Shown here: positions 18,633 to 28,700 of the stretch, piece by piece
Position numbering within the stretch: the first letter of the stretch is position 1
How the letters are laid out: every line of letters begins with the position of its first letter
Source of the DNA: a virus
Lineage: Duplodnaviria; Caudoviricetes
Length of the DNA: 51,336 bases
Reading direction: 5' to 3' (one strand)
IMG/VR virus record: IMGVR_UViG_3300022934_000028
Coordinates: 1 to 51,336 of that record
Program-made: the position numbers and the translations under genes
Notes under the pieces: generated by a model
The model's database searches: none
Seen by the model: the letters and a program-made list of their open reading frames with translations, nothing else
What the model was told of the DNA's origin: nothing

Positions 18633-19132
18633 TGGCAAAATTTAATTTAGAAGAGTTACTAGGCGGTATCCAAGAAGCCGCTATGATAGCAAATAGTATT
18701 TCGGAACGACAACATATTAACAATCTTTCAAATTATTTTGACAAAGATGGGACGCCACTCACTACCACATTCAACATTAATGGTAATGAGATGGTCGTCC
18801 CATTATTTGTTTTAGCAGACCACTCTTCTATTGGTCTATCCGAATTAGAAATGGAGTTTAAAACAAAACTCGCTATTGGTGATAACGAACCATCCAAATT
18901 AAAACGTGGTTTGTTGTCTTTCCTGAGACGAAAGGAATCAAATGGTGAACAAGTAAAAGAACATTCCATTAAAAACCTACAAATAGACTCAGGAACAATC
19001 AGTAAAAACTCAAATGGTATGGCTAAGATACGAGTAGTATTTAAAGCCGACGAAAAACCAGAAGCAATATCTAGATTGGTAGACAGACTAATTCAAACTG
19101 TAGATGACCACACACACGTTGTTAAAGAATAG
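18632..19132 (+). CDS. Second DUF2589-like protein
   Basis: LEELLGGIQEA, VPLFVLADHSSIGLSELEMEF and IRVVFKADEKPEAISRL parallel the 17822 paralogue. Confidence 0.7.
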   Translation: MAKFNLEELLGGIQEAAMIANSISERQHINNLSNYFDKDGTPLTTTFNINGNEMVVPLFVLADHSSIGLSELEMEFKTKLAIGDNEPSKLKRGLLSFLRRKESNGEQVKEHSIKNLQIDSGTISKNSNGMAKIRVVFKADEKPEAISRLVDRLIQTVDDHTHVVKE

Positions 19133-19553
19133 TTTCCTGTTCCCAACGTTCGTAGAGTATACGACGATTCTCTAGGTGTTGTGCTTCAATGTCATCTTTA
19201 CTTTGTCCAAAGTATTCTACGGCCATATGTTCACTAATCATATGTTTGTTAAGATTTAAAGTGCCATCCTCAACGATGAGTTCGCCAAGAATACGACCAA
19301 ATTTACCACGGGCATCATCCTTGTGAGTTTGGACAATAATCTCACTACCAATTGGACAATGTTCTAGTATAAAGTTTTTCGCCAACAACCCAAATTTCTT
19401 TTCTTCCAAGTCTCTGGTTCTGCTTTCTGGGGTGTCTATTCCATATAACCGGACACGTTGTTTTCTTAACCAGACATCAAACCCTAAGTCTAGGTCAACA
19501 TCAACAGTATCACCATCAATAACCTTTAAAACTATAGCACGATATCGGTACAT
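19122..19553 (-). CDS. Thermonuclease (SNase-like)
   Basis: KVIDGDTVDV, RVRLYGIDTPE and GKFGRILG motifs. GGAG RBS on the - strand. Confidence 0.9.
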   Translation of the reverse strand: MYRYRAIVLKVIDGDTVDVDLDLGFDVWLRKQRVRLYGIDTPESRTRDLEEKKFGLLAKNFILEHCPIGSEIIVQTHKDDARGKFGRILGELIVEDGTLNLNKHMISEHMAVEYFGQSKDDIEAQHLENRRILYERWEQETIL

Positions 19554-19579
19554 AATAGTCTCCGGTTCAAATGATGTTC

Positions 19580-19617
19580 ATAAATAGGTTGTCTACTGGT
19601 TATAACCACTATTTATA
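19580..19617. promoter_or_regulatory. Divergent pair of putative late-promoter motifs
   Basis: CTATTTAT on the - strand (19580-19587) precedes the nuclease gene. CTATTTATA on the + strand (19609-19617) precedes the neck gene. Confidence 0.7.
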
Positions 19618-19645
19618 GTCAGGATAATTTCTACTGAGAATATTA

Positions 19646-20809
19646 ATGGCAACTACTCCCGAATATTTTTCTTACGATGGTAACCCAGCAAACCCAAATG
19701 GACTCACCCCGTTCGGTATTTTTGATATAGAATCAACATTCCAAACCGATGGTCCAAAAGTAGCTAACTTTGTTGCTACCAGATTGGGTTATCCCATTCT
19801 TGATGTGGAACTTCAGGACTTACAAATCTATGCTTGTTTTGAAGAAGCTACAATTGAGTATGGAAAACAAGTCAATCAGTTTAGAGCTAGAGACTATATG
19901 TATAATATTCTCGGTAGTTCTACATCTACTGACATTACACAAAAGAATGTTGTTGGTTCTCCATTAACACAAATTGTAAAATTATCAAAAGACTACGGAA
20001 CCGAAGCTCTCGCCGGTGGTGATGTTGAGTTAAAACGTGGATTTATTACTACAACTGCTAATACTGCAAAATATGACCTTAAGGCATTATGGGGTGATGT
20101 TAGTGAAAGTGGTGAAAGTTTAGAGATTAGAAAGATTTACCACGAATCAACACCCGCTCTTGCTAGATATTACGACCCATTTGCCGCTACTGGACTTGGT
20201 ATTACCAATCTATTCGCAGAGTTTGGGTTTGATGGATACTCACCAGCCATCACATTTGTTATGATGCCTGCTTATGAGGATATGTTGAGAGTTCAAGCTA
20301 TTGAAATCAACGACCAAATTAGAAAGAGTATTCATACATTTACGATTTCTAATAATATCTTAAGAATATCACCTGTTCCAACAACAGCATTTAATATGTA
20401 TTTTGACTATTATGTTACTAGTGAAAAGTCAGGAACATTAATTCAGTCAGGAAGTCAAAATGAATTTGTGAGTGACCTATCAAATGTTCCGTTAGAACAT
20501 TTACCATATAACAATATCAATTCAATTGGTAAGGTTTGGATTTACAAATACACATTGGCACTCGCCAAAGAACTATTAGGAACAATTCGTTCCAAGTATG
20601 AGAGAGTGCCAATCCCAAATAGTGATATTAAGATGGATGGTGAGGTCTTACGAAGAGAAGCACAACAAGAAAAAGAGATGTTGGTTAAAGAATTGCAAGA
20701 AACATTGACCAAAGCTGGTTATCACGAACAAATGAAACTACAAGCAGAGTCAGTAGAACACCAAGTAACAATAATGAACAAGGTTCCCCTTCCAATATAT
20801 GTAAAGTAA
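19646..20809 (+). CDS. Neck/head-tail adaptor protein (gp13-like)
   Basis: RLGYPILDVEL..QIYACFEEA and WIYKYTLALAKELLGTIRSKY..P. Position after the MCP. Confidence 0.8.
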   Translation: MATTPEYFSYDGNPANPNGLTPFGIFDIESTFQTDGPKVANFVATRLGYPILDVELQDLQIYACFEEATIEYGKQVNQFRARDYMYNILGSSTSTDITQKNVVGSPLTQIVKLSKDYGTEALAGGDVELKRGFITTTANTAKYDLKALWGDVSESGESLEIRKIYHESTPALARYYDPFAATGLGITNLFAEFGFDGYSPAITFVMMPAYEDMLRVQAIEINDQIRKSIHTFTISNNILRISPVPTTAFNMYFDYYVTSEKSGTLIQSGSQNEFVSDLSNVPLEHLPYNNINSIGKVWIYKYTLALAKELLGTIRSKYERVPIPNSDIKMDGEVLRREAQQEKEMLVKELQETLTKAGYHEQMKLQAESVEHQVTIMNKVPLPIYVK

Positions 20810-20810
20810 T

Positions 20811-21269
20811 ATGGCAAAGTTCGTAGGAAACCGTGATTTTGAATTTTTTCAACACGTTAATCGTGAATTAAGTGCAGAAATCGTAGATACACCCGTAATT
20901 TTGTATAAACTTAACTTAGCTTACGTAAATACAAACATTTATGGTGAATCTGTAGAGAAAATTGCATACGATGGTGTGGAATTGACTGCATTTGTAGATT
21001 ATAAAGGAAATGAGGTCATCACTGATAGTGGATTTGGTATAGATTCTACACAAGAAGCTGAATTTAGATTTGTTCGTAGAATATTACAAGAAAGACACGT
21101 ATATCCAGAGATTGGTGATGTCATAGGATACAATGACGCCTTCTATGAGATTGATAATGTCCAAGAAGTCCAACTTATAGCAGGTAGAGTGGGTTATAAC
21201 CAATCAATCATATGTTCTACACACCTTACAAGGCGTAGTAACATTCAAATTGAGTCTAGACAAGTATGA
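20811..21269 (+). CDS. Neck/head closure protein (gp14-like)
   Basis: TNIYGES and YPEIGDVI..FYEIDNV. Synteny with neck genes. Confidence 0.65.
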   Translation: MAKFVGNRDFEFFQHVNRELSAEIVDTPVILYKLNLAYVNTNIYGESVEKIAYDGVELTAFVDYKGNEVITDSGFGIDSTQEAEFRFVRRILQERHVYPEIGDVIGYNDAFYEIDNVQEVQLIAGRVGYNQSIICSTHLTRRSNIQIESRQV

Positions 21270-22045
21270 GCAAGGTAACTGATTTAGTTAAGAACGCACA
21301 GAACGATGGGCAGTATCAAAATCGTGGTCTTGATACCAAAGCCGAAGAATCAAACGAAATCTCGGTCGGTCTTATTGATATTGATACCACTATTATTGAG
21401 TATATGCAACAGGTCATCAAACCACACGTTACACAAGATGGTGACAAGATAGAAGTTCCTATTATGTATGGTAACCCAGAACGTTGGAAGAACATACGAC
21501 AAGATGGTGTCTTACGAGATGTCCGTGGCAAACTACAAATACCTTTGCTTGTGGTCACCAGAACAGGATTGGTCAAAAATAGTATGAATAGTCCTGTCAA
21601 AAAATATCAAGAATTAGATTTTTATTCTACACAATGGAACCCAAGAAACAAGTATGATAGGTTTGCTGTGTTAAATGGTATAGAAGAAAGTAATAAATAT
21701 GTATCAGTGATGTATCCAGATTACTACGATTTAACATATCAATGTGTAGTTTGGACCGAATATATGGCACAAATGAACCACCTAATTGAACAAATCTCCT
21801 TTGAAGGTGAAAGTTATTGGGGTGAAAAAGACAAATACAAATTTAAGACATCAATAAAAGAGTATAAAAATACAGTAGAATTGCCAGAAAGAAAAGACAG
21901 GTTGGTCAGGTCAGAATTTACCATGACTGTTAAAGCGTATTTACTACCTGAAAACACCGTGGACAAGTATGGACGACCAATGAATATGAACCAGACTAGA
22001 TTTACCACAAGAAAGTTGGTTATCAAAGAGAAATTCATTGAATAG
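21266..22045 (+). CDS. Tail terminator/sheath stabiliser (gp15-like)
   Basis: VPIMYGNPERW, PDYYDLTY..WTEY..QMN and RLVRSEF..VKAYLLP. Synteny. Confidence 0.7.
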   Translation: MSKVTDLVKNAQNDGQYQNRGLDTKAEESNEISVGLIDIDTTIIEYMQQVIKPHVTQDGDKIEVPIMYGNPERWKNIRQDGVLRDVRGKLQIPLLVVTRTGLVKNSMNSPVKKYQELDFYSTQWNPRNKYDRFAVLNGIEESNKYVSVMYPDYYDLTYQCVVWTEYMAQMNHLIEQISFEGESYWGEKDKYKFKTSIKEYKNTVELPERKDRLVRSEFTMTVKAYLLPENTVDKYGRPMNMNQTRFTTRKLVIKEKFIE

Positions 22046-22098
22046 GAACCATTTTGAGAAATTTATCATATATTTATAATACAAAGGATGGTTAGGTT

Positions 22099-22341
22099 AT
22101 GACAAAAATTAGTGATGAAGAATTACAGAAAGTAAAGACAAATCGTGAACAGGTTCTCACAAACTCACAACAACTAAGTGATTTGGTTTTACAACAAACT
22201 TTGTTAGAAGAACAGATAGAGATTGTTAAAAGTCAATTTTTAGCTGCTTTTAACACAGAAAGAAATTACTTAGAGAGTTTAAACGATAAGTATGGTGAAG
22301 GGTTACTTGATATTGAGACAGGTGAAATAAAAACTACCTAA
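22099..22341 (+). CDS. Small coiled-coil protein
   Basis: 80 aa of heptads ending LNDKYGEGLLDIETGEI. Has its own TATTTATA motif. Confidence 0.65.
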   Translation: MTKISDEELQKVKTNREQVLTNSQQLSDLVLQQTLLEEQIEIVKSQFLAAFNTERNYLESLNDKYGEGLLDIETGEIKTT

Positions 22342-22354
22342 TGGAGAATAGAGT

Positions 22355-24742
22355 ATGGCAGAGCGTGTAGTTAGCCCAGGCGTATTTACCCGTGAGAGAG
22401 ATCAATCTTTCTTAGCTCAGGGTGTGGCTGACATTGGTGGAGCATTTGTTGGAGTAGCTCAAAAGGGTCCAGCATTCGTTCCAGTAATGGTAGAAAGTCA
22501 ACAAGAGTTTGAGAACAGGTTCGGTACCGCAGATGAATACAGCTACTTAGGATATACAGTCCAAAATTATTTACAAGAAGCCGGTTCAGCAACCGTTGTT
22601 CGTGTTCTTGGTTTAGATGGATATAGTGGTTCAGACTTTACTTCTGCTAGATTAGTTGCTAGTGGTTCTGAAGGCGAAAAAGTTCTCGCTATTTTTCACC
22701 CAACTGTTGCAGGTGTTTCGTTAGACAACGCAAATGTTAGTGGAACAACTTCATTAACAATTGGTTTAACTGGGTCTAACGGAGCTGTGGAATATACATC
22801 AGTTTCTCCAAGTGGCTCTAGTGCTGATAATATTATTAATAGTATTGGTTCTTCTCCACTAACAAGTGGTTCCGCGCCAGCATACACCTACGCTTATTTC
22901 CCATCTGCTATTGACCCCGATAAGGGTGGTGTAGCTTTGACTGAAATTGCATTAGTAACTTCTTCTGGATTCTTAGACTTCAGTACAGCTGCTACTAAGG
23001 AATACTCAAACGCTTCAACTCCTTGGATTCGTTCACAAACAATCGGTGGTTCAAAATATGACCTATTCAAAGTCCATACTCTAGCTGACGGGTCAAACAG
23101 TAACCGCGATATCAAGATTTCAATTTCTGGAATTAAGTATAGAACGATTGAAGGTCAATATGGAACATTCTCACTATTGGTCAGAAAAGCTACTGATACA
23201 GATACAAAGTCAGAAATTCTTGAACAATATGACAATCTAAACTTAGACCCAAATAGTTCAGACTATATTGGAAGAAGAATCGGTAACAGTGTTTCAACAT
23301 ATGATTCTGTTTCCGAAGAATACCTATATGTCGGTGACTTCCCAAATAAGAGTCAATTCATTAGAGTTGAATTAAGTGATGATGTTTCTGCCGCAACAGT
23401 TCCAGAGACAACATTACCATATGGATTCGCCGCTGTTTACGCACCATTCAAGATTGAAGATACCGAAACTTCAGTCAGAGCACAAGTTGTAACTACAGCT
23501 TGGACATCTGCTTCGGTTATTAGTGGATACAAAACAGGTGCGGTCAGAGACGCTAGAAAGTTCTACGGGTATGATTACACCGAAACTAACTATACAAACC
23601 AAGGGTTCCTAAACCCACTACCAGATGGAGCCGCTACAGTAGGATATGTCGCAACCAGTGGTTCAAATACAAACTTAACTGAGTTCTCGTTAGAAAATGT
23701 TGCTAGTGGTGAAGTCGAAAATGTTAACTTAAGTATAACCGCTAGTGCTCACATCACATATCGTAAGTTCACCGTGCCAATGCAAGGTGGATTCGATGGG
23801 TTTGAACCTAACAGAGAAAGAAAGATGGGTGCCGACATTGTGTCAACAAACACCCAAGGGTTTGACATCAGTACTTCACAGGCAGAAGGTGGAAGGGCGT
23901 TCAAGAAAGCTCTTGACTCACTCAAGAACCCAGAAGCCTATGACATGAACCTACTGGTCATCCCCGGCGTTAACCACGAACAACACCCATACATTACCCA
24001 GTATGCTATTGACATCTGTGAAGACAGACAAGATACATTCTTTATCATGGACTTAGCAAGTTACGGAGCCAGTATCGCAACTGCTACCGCAACCGCCGCA
24101 CTACTTGACACAAGTTACGCCGCTGGTTGGTATCCTTGGGTAAGAGTTCTAAACACCAATACAAACAAGTTTATCTGGGCACCACCTTCGGTCGTTCTAC
24201 CAGAGACATTCGCTTATAGTGATAGTGTATCTGCTGAGTGGTTCGCACCCGCTGGTCTAAACAGAGGTGGTATCGCAGGAGCACAGGGTGTTAAGACAAG
24301 ACTTAACAGAACAAATCGTGATGAACTATACGAGAATAAGGTTAACCCAATCGCACAGTTCCCCGGTCAAGGTATCGTTGCCTTTGGACAGAAGACACTA
24401 CAGACACGCTCAAGTGCTCTTGATAGAATCAATGTCCGTCGTCTCTTGATTGCTCTGAAGAAGTACATTGCATCAAGTTCCAGATACTTATTGTTTGAAC
24501 AGAACACAGAAGCAACACGTAACAGATTCCTAAACTTGGTCAATCCTTACCTCGCTAGTGTGCAGGAAAGACAAGGACTATTCGCTTTCCGTGTGGTCAT
24601 GGATGAAACAAACAATACACCAGATGTCATTGACAGAAATCAACTAGTTGGTCAGATTTATCTACAACCAACCAGAACGGCTGAGTTCATCGTCCTTGAC
24701 TTTAACATCTTACCAACAGGTGCTACTTTCCCTGAGAGTTAA
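22355..24742 (+). CDS. Contractile tail sheath protein (gp18-like)
   Basis: VSPGVFTRERD N-terminus, WFAPAGLNRG, LDRINVRRLL and IYLQPTRTAEFIVLDF motifs. Confidence 0.96.
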   Translation: MAERVVSPGVFTRERDQSFLAQGVADIGGAFVGVAQKGPAFVPVMVESQQEFENRFGTADEYSYLGYTVQNYLQEAGSATVVRVLGLDGYSGSDFTSARLVASGSEGEKVLAIFHPTVAGVSLDNANVSGTTSLTIGLTGSNGAVEYTSVSPSGSSADNIINSIGSSPLTSGSAPAYTYAYFPSAIDPDKGGVALTEIALVTSSGFLDFSTAATKEYSNASTPWIRSQTIGGSKYDLFKVHTLADGSNSNRDIKISISGIKYRTIEGQYGTFSLLVRKATDTDTKSEILEQYDNLNLDPNSSDYIGRRIGNSVSTYDSVSEEYLYVGDFPNKSQFIRVELSDDVSAATVPETTLPYGFAAVYAPFKIEDTETSVRAQVVTTAWTSASVISGYKTGAVRDARKFYGYDYTETNYTNQGFLNPLPDGAATVGYVATSGSNTNLTEFSLENVASGEVENVNLSITASAHITYRKFTVPMQGGFDGFEPNRERKMGADIVSTNTQGFDISTSQAEGGRAFKKALDSLKNPEAYDMNLLVIPGVNHEQHPYITQYAIDICEDRQDTFFIMDLASYGASIATATATAALLDTSYAAGWYPWVRVLNTNTNKFIWAPPSVVLPETFAYSDSVSAEWFAPAGLNRGGIAGAQGVKTRLNRTNRDELYENKVNPIAQFPGQGIVAFGQKTLQTRSSALDRINVRRLLIALKKYIASSSRYLLFEQNTEATRNRFLNLVNPYLASVQERQGLFAFRVVMDETNNTPDVIDRNQLVGQIYLQPTRTAEFIVLDFNILPTGATFPES

Positions 24743-24814
24743 GATAAACTAAAAGGTTATATAAATTAGTGGTAAGTGATATTTATATAAAAGTATAATT
24801 TTTGGAGACAAAAT

Positions 24815-25303
24815 ATGGCCAATTTGGTAGAAGAACAGGAGCTATTTTTCAAGGCTTTTGAGCCTAAGATGCAAAATAGGTTCATTATGAACATGGATGG
24901 AGTTCCTGCATATGTTATCAAGGGAATGCAAAGACCAAGATTAACACAAGAAGCTAGAGCCTTAAATCATATCAATGTTCAGAGATATGTAAAAGGTCGT
25001 TCTGTATGGAGCGCTTTACAAATGACATTGCATGACCCAATCGTTCCATCTGCTGCACAGTCCGTTATGGAGTGGGTACGTCTCCACCACGAATCTGTAA
25101 CTGGTCGCGACGGGTATACAGATTTCTATAAGAAAGATTTGACATTCAATGTTCTTGGGCCCGTTGGTGATAAGGTTGAGGAATGGATTCTTAAAGGAAC
25201 TCAAATTACAGAAGTTAACTTTGGTGATATGAATTGGGATGAAGACCAACCAATGAATATTACACTAACAGTCCAACCAGATTATTGCATCCTAAACTAC
25301 TAG
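24815..25303 (+). CDS. Tail tube protein (gp19-like)
   Basis: FEPKMQNRF, TLHDPIVPS..VMEWVR and GPVGDKVEEW motifs. Follows the sheath gene. Confidence 0.9.
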   Translation: MANLVEEQELFFKAFEPKMQNRFIMNMDGVPAYVIKGMQRPRLTQEARALNHINVQRYVKGRSVWSALQMTLHDPIVPSAAQSVMEWVRLHHESVTGRDGYTDFYKKDLTFNVLGPVGDKVEEWILKGTQITEVNFGDMNWDEDQPMNITLTVQPDYCILNY

Positions 25304-25337
25304 TAGAAGGAAAATACAAATTGCTCTTACTGAGCAA

Positions 25338-25368
25338 GCCTCCCCGAACCAATTCGGGGAGGTTTTTT
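25338..25368 (+). terminator. Intrinsic terminator after the tail tube gene
   Basis: GCCTCCCCGAA-CCAA-TTCGGGGAGGT followed by a T tract. A small TTGCTC/GAGCAA hairpin lies at 25321-25337. Confidence 0.9.
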
Positions 25369-25416
25369 GTTATATTCAAAAATACTTATAGTAAGACATT
25401 TAATTAGAGTATCATT

Positions 25417-25752
25417 ATGGCACAAAGCACAAATCTAACCGTAGGACAAGGTGAAACTTTTAAGATTCTCGTATCAGTATCAGACCAGACAGGTGCCTCA
25501 ATAGACATCACAGACCAAAACTTTAGTGGGTCGGTCAGAGAAACATATAGTTCAGAAAATGTTTCCGCTGATTTTTCATTTGAAAAGATAAGTCCAAATA
25601 GTTCTGGTTCTCTTTATATCAGTATGGCACCCGCAACAACGGCGACATTAACTGCACAAGATTATGTGTATGACGTTCTAATGACTAGTGAATCGGTTAC
25701 TCGTAGAATTATAGAAGGAAAATTTATTGTCCGTCCGTCTGTTACGAGGTAA
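25417..25752 (+). CDS. Small beta-sandwich tail-fibre attachment/baseplate-associated protein
   Basis: NLTVGQGETF...YVYDVLM...RRIIEGKFIVRPSVTR. Directly precedes the tail fibre gene. Confidence 0.6.
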   Translation: MAQSTNLTVGQGETFKILVSVSDQTGASIDITDQNFSGSVRETYSSENVSADFSFEKISPNSSGSLYISMAPATTATLTAQDYVYDVLMTSESVTRRIIEGKFIVRPSVTR

Positions 25753-25757
25753 AATAA

Positions 25758-28700
25758 ATGGCGTCATTACCCGATGGTATCACTCTAGATATACCTGACC
25801 TACGAGTAACTATAACACCAAGGTCAGATTATATAGTTACTATACAGCCCGTTGATGAATATCACGTTGTAACATTTGATACTCCCACAGTAACCAGAGC
25901 AACCAGTGTATTTGTAGATTACGCACAATCTGCTAGTTATGCTAATAGTGCTGGTAGTGCGGTTAGTGCATCATACGCAGAAGTATCTGCTACATCTTCA
26001 TATGCCGATAATTTTGTTGTTGCTGGTGGAGTTACTGCATCTGGTTTCGTGGGTGATGGTTCACAACTAACGGGTATCACCGCAGAAGGAACGGGTGTAT
26101 CAGTACAAGATGATACTGTATTTCGGGGATTATCACAAGTATTAAATTTTGCCGATGGGTTAGATGTATCGTTTGTAACCCCCACATCTTCCATATCACT
26201 GAACAGAACGGGTTCGTTTACAGGTTCATTCAGTGGTGATGGTAGTGGACTAACCGACATTGTTAGTGCTTCATTCGCTACAACCGCTTCATATGTAGAA
26301 GGAACATTCTCTGGTTCACAAGTAATAACAGGTCAATTAACTGCATCTGGTCTAAACTATCCAAGTACTGATGGTGATGCATATCAACTGTTCAAAACAG
26401 ACGGTCAAGGTAGCATCACATTAGATTATGCCGATAGATTGGCATTGGATGTTAAAAATACAAGTGGTGGACTATTAAGCAAAGGAACTCCAGTTTACAT
26501 TACAGGATTTCAGGGTGATGGTATATATCAAATAGCAGCTGCCGATTCTAGTGATGTAACCAAAATGCCTGCAGTTGGTATTCTATCAGAAACTCTAGCT
26601 GAAAATGATGTCGGACACGCAGTTCTTTATGGTGCGCTCCGTGGAATTGATACCTTATTATATTCTGTTGGTGATGAATTGTTTGTTGGTGTGGGAGAAT
26701 TAACTGGTTCTGCTCCACAACATCCCTCATTGATACAAAAGATTGCTTCGGTTGGTAATAGTGCTAACAATGGAGAAATAACGATACTGGGTGCTGGTCG
26801 TTCTAATGCTGTTTCCAACTTGGGTAGTGGTCAAATATTTTATGGTGTAGAAAATAGAGCAACCACTCAATCGTTAGCAAGTATTTTATCTGGAAACGCA
26901 TTTAGTTATAGTGGTTCATTCACTGGTGATGGTTCCAATGTCACAGGTGTGGTCAGTTCCTCATACGCACTGACCGCTTCCTATGTGGAAGGAGCGGCTA
27001 GTGATTGGGATACATTAGCAAACAAACCATCTGGTCTGGTCAGTAGCTCTACACAAACTATTGCAAATATAAATGGTCAAGAAATTACACCAAGTATTAT
27101 TTCCAGTAGTGGACACATTGTTCCATCAACAACAGAAATCTATGACCTTGGTTCTACAGATTTACGATGGAGAGATTTATATTTAAGTGGTTCTACAATT
27201 TATCTTGGAAGTGCAGAAATCTCTTCTGACAATGGTAAAGTATCTGGTTCGTTCACGGGTTCATTTACTGGTGATGCGTCAAGTATAACCGGAGTAGTAA
27301 GTTCTTCATTCGCTACGACCGCTTCTTATGCAGAGAACGCCGGTGTTAGTGATTGGAACGAATTGACCAATGTACCGTCAGGTCTGGTCAGTAGCTCCAC
27401 CCAAGTAGACTATGACTCAATACAAAACGTTCCAAGTGGAATTCTAAGTGCATCTTCATTTACCTCACCATCACAGGGAACGGTCAGAGCAACAATCAAT
27501 GGAGTTCAGACCGATGTAGATACAGGACTACAAACTGGTGATAGTCCTCAATTTACAAACCTTACTCTGTCTGGTGATTTAACTGTCAATGGAACTACAA
27601 CTTATATCTCTAGTTCTCAGGTAGATATCGGTGACCAAATCATCACACTAAATGCAAATAACGCAGCCGGTGATGGTGGGATATATGTTAATGATACAAG
27701 CACAAACGAAACTGGTTCATTACTTTGGGATGTAAGTGAAAACTATTGGATTGGTGGTCTACTAGGTTCTGAAAGTGAATTAATAACCTTAACATCTCTA
27801 AATGCAAAGGGAGTAGTTAGTAGTTCTGGTCAAGTAGATTATACAGGACTATCAAACGTTCCAAGTGGAATTGTATCTAGTTCCACACAATTCACAGACA
27901 TAACAGCACCATTCACTGGTTCGTTTAGTGGTTCATTCAGTGGTGACGGAGCAGCTCTGACCGGACTTGTCAGTTCTTCATACGCACTAACCGCATCATA
28001 CGCTGAGAATGGTGGTGGGGGTGGTGGTGTAACCATCAATAACAACACTGACAATTATCTGGTCACTGCAACAGGCACTTCTGATACATTGGATGGCGAA
28101 CAATTCTTAACTTGGGATGGTGTTAAGTTAACAGTATCCAGTTCAGACGATTCTCAACAACAACTTCAGATATATGCCGGCACTCAAACTGGGTCGATAC
28201 ACGTAAACAATGGTACAGTTTATTTTCAAGGTACTAATTCTGACATTAGAATTCGACATAGTAGTGGTGGAAATAATGATCTAGTTTATATAGGCACTGA
28301 TTTCTATCCAGCTCCAAATGGTACAATAAATTTTGGTAGAAACAACAATCGTTGGGAAACAATATATACAACCGATGTTAGTGCGTCTGGTGATGTATCC
28401 GCATCCACGTTCACTGGTGACGGTTCTCAAGTAACAGGTGTGGTCACATCATCCTATAGTAATACTGCTTCATATGTAGAAACTGCACAAACCGCATCAT
28501 ACTTTATTGGTGACATTAGTTTCCCAAGTGGACTAGAAGTAACTGGTTCATTACTACTAGATGGTAGTATGAGTGCAAGTGGAGATGTCACCGCTTCAGG
28601 ATTCATAGGTGATGGTTCACAAATCACAGGCGTTGTAAGTTCCTCATACGCACTAACTGCATCATACGTAGAAACCGCACAAACGTCATCAACCGCACAA

